A stretch of DNA of 64,000 bases, taken from positions 3,541 to 67,540 of the forward strand of contig CANLGW010000001.1 of NCBI GenBank assembly GCA_947490395.1, given 5' to 3'. Origin of the DNA: Alphaproteobacteria bacterium. Its GTDB lineage: Bacteria; Pseudomonadota; Alphaproteobacteria; Paracaedibacterales; CAIOTO01. This document shows, piece by piece, positions 29,363 through 37,557 of this stretch (the first letter of the stretch is position 1; every line of letters starts with the position of its first letter). The position numbers were made by a program, and so were the translations under genes. The notes under the pieces were generated by a model. It saw only the letters and a list, made by a program, of their open reading frames with translations, had not been told where the DNA came from and ran no database searches.

Positions 29363-30591
29363 TAACGTTTAATCCAAAGCCACAACCGTTCAAACACAAT
29401 GGCAAGTGCCCCATTACATAACACATTTGTGGACGTAATAATCGGATCAAGAACAACATTAAGCGCAATAATAAGTGCCGTCATTTCGTACGTAAAACCA
29501 AGATAATGTTCATAAATAGGTACCATAATAAAAATAGCACCACCCAAAACAGCAGCCGTTGTATACCGCGCAAGGGTGAACCACATCAAAAAAATACTCC
29601 ATGACATTAAATCAGGCATGGGCTTTCCAAAATTCTTAAGGATAACAAGACATAAAAAGGCATTTGCAATACAATCACCAACCTGTTGAATGTTTGTTGT
29701 TGCAGGAATCAGCATCGCTGCAAAACCTGGTGTTTTAAGGTTTTTTTCAGCGGCCTCAATCGTGAAAGGCATTGTAGCCGCGCTTGACATCGTTGTAAAC
29801 GAGATCACCCCTGTCGGCCAAATATGACGAATGATACGCTGAAGTTCATTTCCTTTAAAACGAGACGCTATCAACAAAATTATTGTCAAGTATGCGAAAA
29901 TAACAAATGTAACAAACGCAATAATTGAAACATATGAATTAACAATTTCTTCCAATAATCCTGAATGTTGCATAAACACAAGAAAACCAAAAACATAAAG
30001 AGGTATCAAACGAACAAAAACACGACTAAAAACAAGTCCCATATAATCACGCATACGAAAAACAATTGTATCTAAATGTGCAACACGAACAGTTGCACCC
30101 AAAACGCCTAAAAGCGTACCCATACAAACACCATTAACAGATGACCAAAAACCAGGTCGATAATCACTCATTTGAAAAAACGGTACAAGCTGAAAATCCT
30201 GAGAGAGATTTGCCTGAAATACAGGAATCCATTGTTGACATAACACCCCTACACCATAGGCATACATCACACTTATTGCATTTGAAATACCTTCAAAGAT
30301 AAGCAACACCAAAACAAGTAAAAGCGCATTTTGACGAAAACTAATCAACGTTGACGCAATAAAAGAGGCAACCGCAAGCGGCAAAACAAACAACAATAAG
30401 TCTTTCATTAAAAGGCTAAAGGTATATGCAGCGCGTGCGACTGGATGAGGAAAGTATGAACCACACAAAACAACAATTAAAATACTGATCACGAGTTGAA
30501 CAGGCATCGATTTTAATGCCCTAAACACTCTTGTTTTTTGCTCTATTTTTTGCATGATATCGTTCATAAGTGCCCTATTCCCTTTTTGCAT
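29323..30591 (-). CDS. Dicarboxylate/amino acid:cation symporter (DAACS) family transporter
   Basis: 422-aa polytopic protein. SSAATMPFTIEAAEKNL matches the conserved DAACS SSxATLP region. Confidence 0.7.
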   Translation of the reverse strand: MQKGNRALMNDIMQKIEQKTRVFRALKSMPVQLVISILIVVLCGSYFPHPVARAAYTFSLLMKDLLLFVLPLAVASFIASTLISFRQNALLLVLVLLIFEGISNAISVMYAYGVGVLCQQWIPVFQANLSQDFQLVPFFQMSDYRPGFWSSVNGVCMGTLLGVLGATVRVAHLDTIVFRMRDYMGLVFSRVFVRLIPLYVFGFLVFMQHSGLLEEIVNSYVSIIAFVTFVIFAYLTIILLIASRFKGNELQRIIRHIWPTGVISFTTMSSAATMPFTIEAAEKNLKTPGFAAMLIPATTNIQQVGDCIANAFLCLVILKNFGKPMPDLMSWSIFLMWFTLARYTTAAVLGGAIFIMVPIYEHYLGFTYEMTALIIALNVVLDPIITSTNVLCNGALAIVFERLWLWIKRYHPVKTMPFSARQ

Positions 30592-30613
30592 ATTCTCATA
30601 TGTTATACACGAA

Positions 30614-31438
30614 CTATTTTTGAATAGAAACAGCTAAACGCGTCAAAATAAATAAGAAAAATCCAGCAATAACACTGGCAGGTCCAATGGGCCAATCCAT
30701 GAATAACCCACATCCAATGCCACTAAATAACATCACCAATGCCATAAAAATAGCACGCTTTATCATACCTTCAGGTGATGTCGCATATTGCGCCGCACAG
30801 GCGCCAGGCAACAACAGCAATCCAGGCACAAGGAGAGCACCAATAATCGGCAACGTCGTTGCGACAATGCACGATAAAACCATCAAAAAAAGAAAGGTCA
30901 TATGTGATGGCGATATGCCTTCAACATGTGCCCAATCAGGATCAAGGGTAATCAAAATAAGCTTTCGCCAGCATAATAAAAAAAACAACGCAACAATTAA
31001 TATCATAATAATTAATGTTATAATATCCATTCGATTTAGCAATAATAAATCACCAAATAAGAAATGCTCAACATTTTGCTGACTTCGCGGCAATGTCCTA
31101 ATTACAATGAACGCAACCGCCATTAAGGTGTATGATAATAACCCCAGCCATGTATCGGATGGCAAATTAAAAAACCGAGGACCATAAGCCAGAAACCCTG
31201 ACAACACAAAACAAACCAGGATAATTCCCCACAAAGGGGATGACGCCCCACAGATCAAACTAATAGCCACGCCAAGCATCGCACTATGTGCCATTACATC
31301 ACCAAAAAAAGCTTGGCGTCGCCAAAGTAAAAAACAACCGATAGGCGCCAGACTAAATGATAAACAAACAGCTGCAATGCAGGCGTATATAATAAAATAA
31401 TCAAACATGATGATGGCCGCTACACGATGCATGTTCAT
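30614..31438 (-). CDS. znuB: Zinc ABC transporter permease
   Basis: 274-aa ABC-3 family membrane protein directly downstream of znuC. Confidence 0.8.
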   Translation of the reverse strand: MNMHRVAAIIMFDYFIIYACIAAVCLSFSLAPIGCFLLWRRQAFFGDVMAHSAMLGVAISLICGASSPLWGIILVCFVLSGFLAYGPRFFNLPSDTWLGLLSYTLMAVAFIVIRTLPRSQQNVEHFLFGDLLLLNRMDIITLIIMILIVALFFLLCWRKLILITLDPDWAHVEGISPSHMTFLFLMVLSCIVATTLPIIGALLVPGLLLLPGACAAQYATSPEGMIKRAIFMALVMLFSGIGCGLFMDWPIGPASVIAGFFLFILTRLAVSIQK

Positions 31439-32192
31439 TTACCTTACGTTCATGACTATGATCGTGGTCATGCTGATGGACGTAAGGTACAAAGCCACCA
31501 AATAATGCCTGCACAGCTGGATCCTGCCTTACATGTTCAGGGTGCCCCATACAACAAATATGCTTATTAAGGCAAATCACGGTATCGCTGGCATTCCAAA
31601 CAAGGTGCAAGTCATGTGACACATGCACAACAGCACAACCCAATGTATGGCGTATATGATGTAACAGACGATAGAATTCAGCTTGCCCTGTTATATCGAG
31701 TCCTTGCACAGGCTCATCCAAAACAAGCAAATCAGGCGATTGAAGCAAGGCACGCGCCAACAAAATACGCTGCCATTCCCCCCCCGACAATGTATGCACG
31801 CTTTGCTTTAACGCATAGACAGCATTTACTTGTTCTAGCACCATTAGTACTTTATCCCGCGCATTTGAAGTTCGATTTGCTAAATCAGATAGAGTAAGAA
31901 AACGTTCAACGTTTAGTGGCAAACGCGCATTAAGACTCAATCGTTGTGGCATATAACCAATTTTGATATCTCGCTTTTTATAAATAGAACCATCTGTCGG
32001 CTGAATAAGTCCCAGCATTAAACGTAAAAGCGTCGTTTTACCAGCTCCATTTGGCCCAATAATTGTGGTAATTGTCTGTGCATCAATATGAAATGAAACA
32101 GTATCAACAAGACGATGCTGTTTAGGAAACGGAGCCATATACGTAACATCAGAAAATGAGACCAAGGAATCATTCGTCACATACTGTACCAT
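31401..32192 (-). CDS. znuC: Zinc ABC transporter ATPase with a His-rich C-terminal tail
   Basis: 263 aa. Walker A is GPNGAGKTT and the signature is LSGGEWQR. The tail is HQHDHDHSHERKVNEHASCSGHHHV. Confidence 0.85.
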   Translation of the reverse strand: MVQYVTNDSLVSFSDVTYMAPFPKQHRLVDTVSFHIDAQTITTIIGPNGAGKTTLLRLMLGLIQPTDGSIYKKRDIKIGYMPQRLSLNARLPLNVERFLTLSDLANRTSNARDKVLMVLEQVNAVYALKQSVHTLSGGEWQRILLARALLQSPDLLVLDEPVQGLDITGQAEFYRLLHHIRHTLGCAVVHVSHDLHLVWNASDTVICLNKHICCMGHPEHVRQDPAVQALFGGFVPYVHQHDHDHSHERKVNEHASCSGHHHV

Positions 32193-32195
32193 CTT

Positions 32196-32975
32196 TTAAA
32201 ATTTACTTTCATGCGGATAAACACCCCAAATAGCCTGCCTAGGTAGCCAACCTTTATACGATTTCCCCTTTACAGCATTCTCTGTTGCTGTAACTTCAAC
32301 CTTACACCATTGAGCCTGGCATTCCAAAAGATGTCCTGTAACAGTTGCCTGAACATAAGCTATGATCTTTGCACTTTTATCCGCAGATGCTTTCAATTCT
32401 TGTGTTTTATGCAATGTCCAAAACGAACGTTTACCCATAAGCAAGCTTTTGTGAACCCAACCTTCAGTTCCTTGCCAATCACGAATTTGACGCCATGTAT
32501 CAAATTCAGCAATAATCTCAACAGGCATTCGTTGACGTTGCAAAAGCCAGCTAACAGGGAAGTTAACACCTGGCCCTACATGTAAATTTACCTTTTTAGC
32601 ACGTATAGATGCGAAACGAGGTAGTGGCAATGTAGCGGCTGGAACAGTCGAAACCGCAGTTGTTGTTGCAACCACCGCAGGTACAGCAACAGATGCTGAT
32701 GTTGTTGGAGCAACCTCTTTTTCGTTTATTTGTTGTTTTTTACTAACTTTCTTATCTGCTGTTTTATCTACCTTTTTCTTTTTAGCACCCTTAATTGGAA
32801 CATCAACTGTCTTAGGTTCTGCCAAATCCACATGTTTAGATACGTTTGTGCTCGCAGTCATAACAGTACAACTTATCATAAAGAAAAAGCATATTTTTAT
32901 AAAAAATAGATAGATAATATTCTTCAAAGGGGGCATCCTCGGACTTTTCTTATATCTGCCTTGGACATAACCCAA
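32196..32975 (-). CDS. Bacterial SH3-like (DUF1058-type) envelope protein
   Basis: 259 aa with a hydrophobic N-terminus and a Lys/Ala/Val-rich linker. The C-terminal LPRFASIRAKKVNLHVGPGVNFPVSW...WRQIRDWQGTEGWVHKSLL is the alphaproteobacterial SH3-like repeat. Confidence 0.65.
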   Translation of the reverse strand: MGYVQGRYKKSPRMPPLKNIIYLFFIKICFFFMISCTVMTASTNVSKHVDLAEPKTVDVPIKGAKKKKVDKTADKKVSKKQQINEKEVAPTTSASVAVPAVVATTTAVSTVPAATLPLPRFASIRAKKVNLHVGPGVNFPVSWLLQRQRMPVEIIAEFDTWRQIRDWQGTEGWVHKSLLMGKRSFWTLHKTQELKASADKSAKIIAYVQATVTGHLLECQAQWCKVEVTATENAVKGKSYKGWLPRQAIWGVYPHESKF

Positions 32976-33070
32976 GAATCTTTATGGTCTAAACGTATAG
33001 CAAAGTCGATATCTAAAAATAATTGAGGAAAGGATAATATACACTCATTTTGCATAAAAACCTCTCTTCC

Positions 33071-33526
33071 TTAAGCACCTGTTGAACCAAAACCAATTGC
33101 AGAACGATCCGTGTCTTCCAAATCATTTACTTCAGACCATTCAACAAACGTGTAAGAAGCAACAATCATTTGTGCAATCCGCATACCTGGTATAATACAA
33201 AACGATTCTTCTCCAACATTCATCAAAATAACACAAATTTCACCACGATAGTCAGAATCAATCGTTCCAGGTGAATTAAGCACAAACACCCCATTTTTAA
33301 GAGCAAACCCAGATCGTGAACGAATCTGCGCCTCATACCCTACTGACAACTCAATTGACACACCTGTTGGAATAAGCACCCGTTTTCCTGGCTCAATAAT
33401 GACTTCAGACGAAACTGCAGCCATCAAATCAAGCCCCGCGCTCCCCACTGTTGCATATGATGGCAAGGGAAAATGTTCAGCATGGGGTAATCGTTTAATT
33501 TTTACGGCAGTTTTAGTTATACTCAT
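33071..33526 (-). CDS. dut: dUTP diphosphatase
   Basis: 151 aa with the dUTPase motifs AGLDL, RSGFALKNG, GTIDSDYRGE and GFGSTG. Confidence 0.9.
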   Translation of the reverse strand: MSITKTAVKIKRLPHAEHFPLPSYATVGSAGLDLMAAVSSEVIIEPGKRVLIPTGVSIELSVGYEAQIRSRSGFALKNGVFVLNSPGTIDSDYRGEICVILMNVGEESFCIIPGMRIAQMIVASYTFVEWSEVNDLEDTDRSAIGFGSTGA

Positions 33527-33583
33527 CTGTGCTCTGTGCTCATTTTATAAATATTTTAATGTTCTTTAATTCAATAGTCACAA

Positions 33584-35272
33584 TTAAGCAGACGATGAAT
33601 GATCAGCACCATCATTTTGTGAAAGCGTTAACGCATCCTCTTCACCATTGCTAACCAATTGCTCATTTGACGAAATGACTACATGATGTCCATCTACTAA
33701 TTTACGTTTTTTTGAACGATTGCGTGGCTTTGAACGACGTTCCTCAACCTTAATATCATCCTTTAAAATCGTTTCTTCATTCACATCAGTGACTTCATTT
33801 AACGCAAAAAAAGCACGATAACTTTCTTGTTTAAAAAAAGCAGGTATACTATCACCAAAGCCTTTAAACGTAATACGATCATACTCAGATGATGGATAAT
33901 TTTTATAAGTTGTGGCCGACTGACTCCCCGAGAGAAGCGAATGACCACGTTCAATCCCCTTATAGTAAGAAGCCACTGCCACATTTCTACTTACAACAGG
34001 CTTTTCTACCACAGGTTTTTCCGCCACAGACTTTTCTATCACAGACTTTTCTTGTACAGGTTTCTCTATCGTTTGAGGGGCTCGCTTTTTATGCGTTGTC
34101 TTTGCCAATTCTTTTGATGGCACACTTAACACATCCTGGGGCAATACTATCTCAGCAATTGATTGCTGTGTTAACGCTTCAATAGCTTTCCATATCTTTT
34201 GATCCCGCTTTTCAATCAACGTAAAAGCAAAACCCGCTTTACCAGCTCGCCCTGTCCGACCAATACGATGTACATAATCTTCTGCATTAATCGGAACATT
34301 AAAATTAATCACAAGTCCCAAATCCACAACATCCAATCCGCGCGCCGCCACATCACTTGCAACAAGAACATGCACTTCACTCGAACGAAACCGCTCAAGC
34401 GTTTGATTACGGGTTGATTGTTGCAAATCCCCATGCAAACTATCAGCCGCAAAACCATGACGTTTTAACGAGGATACAAGCGTTGTCACGTCTGTTTTAC
34501 GGTTACAAAAAATAATACTTGGAATTTTTAACTCATTTTGAACGCCATATGTTTTCAATAAATAACGTGTCGCCATACGCTTTTGCTTATCATCCACATA
34601 CAACGCATATTGATCAATCGATGCAACAGTACTGCCTGCACGCGAAATAGCAATCGTTTTGGGTGCCAACATAAATTGACGTGTTAAATTTTGAATTTCA
34701 TCACTGAATGTCGCGCTGAAAAGCATTGTTTGACGTGACAAAGGAATCTTTTCCATAATACGCGTTACATCAGGTAGAAAACCCATATCAAGCATACGAT
34801 CAGCTTCATCAATAACAACATAGCGTATACCAAACAACATCAACTTTTCACGTTCACACAAATCTAACAAACGCCCAGGTGTCACAATAAGAACATCTGG
34901 ATTCGTTTTAAGAACGCGTTCTTGCTGAGTCATCGATTCCCCACCAACAAGAAGAGCAGCCTTTAATACACCATCTGAAAAACGATCAAATTGCTCATAT
35001 ACTTGCTGAGCAAGTTCTCGTGTAGGTTCTATAATAATGGCACGCGGCATGCGGGCTTTCAAAGGGATGTCACCTAAGATGTGAAGAAGAGGCAGCAAAA
35101 AAGACGCCGTTTTGCCACTACCCGTCTGTGCAGAAGCCACAATATCTTGCCCCTGCAACACCAACGGTATGGCTTTTTCCTGAATAGGAGTTGGTGTATT
35201 AAAACCAAGCACCGATAAACGGCGGCACAACGTGTTACTTAAACCAAGTTCTTCAAATAGTATGCGTTCCAA
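33584..35272 (-). CDS. DEAD-box ATP-dependent RNA helicase (RhlE-like) with a long repetitive basic tail
   Basis: 562 aa with AQTGSGKT, PTRELA, DEAD (VIDEADRML), SAT and HRIGRTGRAG. The C-terminal tail contains five tandem x-E-K-[PS]-V pentapeptides (IEKPV QEKSV IEKSV AEKPV VEKPV). Confidence 0.85.
   Translation of the reverse strand: MERILFEELGLSNTLCRRLSVLGFNTPTPIQEKAIPLVLQGQDIVASAQTGSGKTASFLLPLLHILGDIPLKARMPRAIIIEPTRELAQQVYEQFDRFSDGVLKAALLVGGESMTQQERVLKTNPDVLIVTPGRLLDLCEREKLMLFGIRYVVIDEADRMLDMGFLPDVTRIMEKIPLSRQTMLFSATFSDEIQNLTRQFMLAPKTIAISRAGSTVASIDQYALYVDDKQKRMATRYLLKTYGVQNELKIPSIIFCNRKTDVTTLVSSLKRHGFAADSLHGDLQQSTRNQTLERFRSSEVHVLVASDVAARGLDVVDLGLVINFNVPINAEDYVHRIGRTGRAGKAGFAFTLIEKRDQKIWKAIEALTQQSIAEIVLPQDVLSVPSKELAKTTHKKRAPQTIEKPVQEKSVIEKSVAEKPVVEKPVVSRNVAVASYYKGIERGHSLLSGSQSATTYKNYPSSEYDRITFKGFGDSIPAFFKQESYRAFFALNEVTDVNEETILKDDIKVEERRSKPRNRSKKRKLVDGHHVVISSNEQLVSNGEEDALTLSQNDGADHSSSA
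33996..34070 (-). repeat. In-frame 15-bp tandem repeat x5 inside the helicase tail
   Basis: The plus strand reads acaggcttttctacc / acaggtttttccgcc / acagacttttctatc / acagacttttcttgt / acaggtttctctatc. Confidence 0.9.
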
Positions 35273-35360
35273 ATTAATTAGTCCTACTTCCTTTTTGGAT
35301 TATACAGAAAACAATACACATGCATAAAATTTCACATGCGTATTAATGATATTTTTCAAC

Positions 35361-35831
35361 TTATAATAAATTAATTATTTTTAAAACGTCATTCCAATGA
35401 TTTGGAATTTTTACTTTACGCCAAATATGACGGATCGTAAATGAATCGTCAACATAAAACGTTGATCGCTCAATTCCAAAATATACTTTTCCGTACATTG
35501 ATTTTTGTTTCCAAACACCGAATGCATCACACAGAACACCCGATTCATCAATTAATAATGGGAAATTCAAAGTATATTTATCGCTAAACCTCTTATGCGA
35601 TGCCGCATTATCTTTTGACACGCCAAAAACAGCAATACCTTGTTCAGTAAATGCTGCCAGATTATCACGCAAATCACAAGCCTGCGTTGTACACCCCGAT
35701 GTGTTATCCTTGGGATAAAAGTATAAAACAAACGGACGCCCCTTTAATGAATCAAGTAAAAAGTCAGACCCATCAACAGATTTTAACAAGCCATGAGGCA
35801 CAGTACTATTTAACAGAGGCTCTATAACCAT
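35361..35831 (-). CDS. bcp: Thiol peroxidase / peroxiredoxin Bcp
   Basis: The ORF track starts at 35879, inside the upstream gene. I prefer the ATG at 35831 (MVIEPLL...). FYPKDNTSGCTTQA carries the peroxidatic Cys. Confidence 0.85.
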   Translation of the reverse strand: MVIEPLLNSTVPHGLLKSVDGSDFLLDSLKGRPFVLYFYPKDNTSGCTTQACDLRDNLAAFTEQGIAVFGVSKDNAASHKRFSDKYTLNFPLLIDESGVLCDAFGVWKQKSMYGKVYFGIERSTFYVDDSFTIRHIWRKVKIPNHWNDVLKIINLL

Positions 35832-37150
35832 AAATAACTCATCACTAGAAAAATTGGAATTAAGATAATAAATGACCATACCATATAACCAAGAAAACTT
35901 GGCATTTTTATCTTATGCTGATTTGCAATACTTAACACCATAAAATTGGGAGCATTTCCTATATATGTTAACGCCCCCATTAAAACAGAACCTAACGAAA
36001 TTGCTATTAAAATTGGCTTTTGCACCGTTGTAAGTTCAGCAATATTTCCACCAGCAAGTTTAAAAAATACGAGATACGTAGGAGTATTATCCAAAAATCC
36101 AGAAAAAATCCCTGACAACCAAAAGTAGAGGCATTGGGGTGATACGCCCATATTCATCGTCAATAGTGATGCAAACACATTTTTATCTCCTGATAACACA
36201 TGATTAAGTGGAATCAGCGTTATGAAAATACATAAGAAAATACGCGCCACTTCATAAACTGGGGTAAAATTAAAATGTTGCTTACGATGAATACCGGACG
36301 GCGTTATCACATAGGAAAGCCAACCCAGAAAAACCATCACACCTAAACGTAAGCAATCAGCCACTGTTATCGATACACCACCAAATGCAGTTATTTCAGC
36401 AATAGGCAAAAAGGGAGTAATAAGCAATGTCACAATAAGCACAAGCAACAAAATCATATTGCGCTTCCCATCGATTCTAACAGATGAACATAAAGAAGCA
36501 TTTATATCAATAACAGAACTCGATAGTTCTTTTTTCATAAAATAACAATCAATAATCCAATAGATAAACAAAAGCATACTAAAAACACCTAAAAAGGGTT
36601 TCCATAAATTCTGAAGTGGCCAAAGAAACGGCACACCCAGCAAATACCCCATAAACAAGGGCGGATCACCAAGTGGCGTCAGGCATCCAGCTGCATTTGA
36701 TACCATAAAAATAAAGAAAATCACCGTATGGGTTTTATAAAGACGATTTTCATTTATACGTAATAACGGCCTTATAAATAAAATTGATGCGCCTGTTGTT
36801 CCAATAAAACTGGCAAAAAAGGATGCGACAATCAAAAAGAACACATTATTTAAGGAGGTATTTTTGATAGACAAATCAAGATGAATCCCCCCTGCAATCG
36901 TAAACAGAGCAAAAAGAACCGCAATAAAGGGAATATATTCAGACCACATTGTGTGTGTAAGGGAATGAATAAGGACAGGCATGGGAAAAAGATTCCACAT
37001 CACAATCAAACCTGCAGCCCCCCAAAATAGCAAGACTAATTTCTCAAAACGATGCCAAAATGACGAGGCAAACAATGGAAAAAGCGCTATACTTAAAAGT
37101 ACACCTATAAATGGAATAGCAAGTGAAATGGTCGATAAAACAGAAAACAT
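35822..37150 (-). CDS. ArsB/NhaD-superfamily ion transporter (putative Na+/H+ antiporter)
   Basis: 442-aa, highly hydrophobic protein with about 11-12 helices. The composition is NhaD/citrate-transporter-like. The family call is moderate. Confidence 0.6.
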   Translation of the reverse strand: MFSVLSTISLAIPFIGVLLSIALFPLFASSFWHRFEKLVLLFWGAAGLIVMWNLFPMPVLIHSLTHTMWSEYIPFIAVLFALFTIAGGIHLDLSIKNTSLNNVFFLIVASFFASFIGTTGASILFIRPLLRINENRLYKTHTVIFFIFMVSNAAGCLTPLGDPPLFMGYLLGVPFLWPLQNLWKPFLGVFSMLLFIYWIIDCYFMKKELSSSVIDINASLCSSVRIDGKRNMILLLVLIVTLLITPFLPIAEITAFGGVSITVADCLRLGVMVFLGWLSYVITPSGIHRKQHFNFTPVYEVARIFLCIFITLIPLNHVLSGDKNVFASLLTMNMGVSPQCLYFWLSGIFSGFLDNTPTYLVFFKLAGGNIAELTTVQKPILIAISLGSVLMGALTYIGNAPNFMVLSIANQHKIKMPSFLGYMVWSFIILIPIFLVMSYLWL

Positions 37151-37300
37151 ACATACATAAATTTAAGATTTATTCGACCATGATAGTGTTATTTTACGCA
37201 GCACTCAATTGCATAATATGCTGCCTGTAAAATTAACAAATTTACATCAAATGATCGCGTGAAAAACATGTGTTTTTGCATAAATAAACATGGGAAAAAC

Positions 37301-37512
37301 TTATCCCCAGAACCTGTGGATAAGTCTGTGGATAACTAGTAAATAAAGTGTTAACAATGGCTGATTTTCTCATCTCTGCCGGGTTTGCTTAAAAAATAAT
37401 CACGCCCCAGATAGCGCAGTTTCCCTTAATTTTTAATGAATTTTATCATATACAGTGTCTCTACATCGTTAGCACATCAGATTGATATAATTTTATATAA
37501 GGTTGTGGATAA
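37301..37512. promoter_or_regulatory. DnaA-box cluster: three perfect boxes plus one one-mismatch box in an AT-rich 407-bp spacer
   Basis: TGTGGATAA, the reverse complement of TTATCCACA, occurs at 37315-37323, 37327-37335 and 37504-37512. TTATCCCCA occurs at 37301-37309 in the opposite orientation. Confidence 0.7.
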
Positions 37513-37557
37513 CTTTGTGTAAAAAAAAACTATTTTCTTTATACACGCACCTTTATT

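Noticed and set aside
37205-37236. A dif-like XerC/D site (ttgcataatatgctgcctgtaaaat).
   Set aside because: It matches only about 6/11 and 7/11 positions in the two arms against the E. coli dif sequence as I remember it. That is too weak in an AT-rich spacer.
37151-37557. Calling this spacer the chromosomal origin (oriC) outright.
   Set aside because: There is no switch in gene orientation across it. I could find no GANTC or CtrA-type sites and no dnaA/hemE context. It is kept only as a DnaA-box cluster finding pending a GC-skew test.
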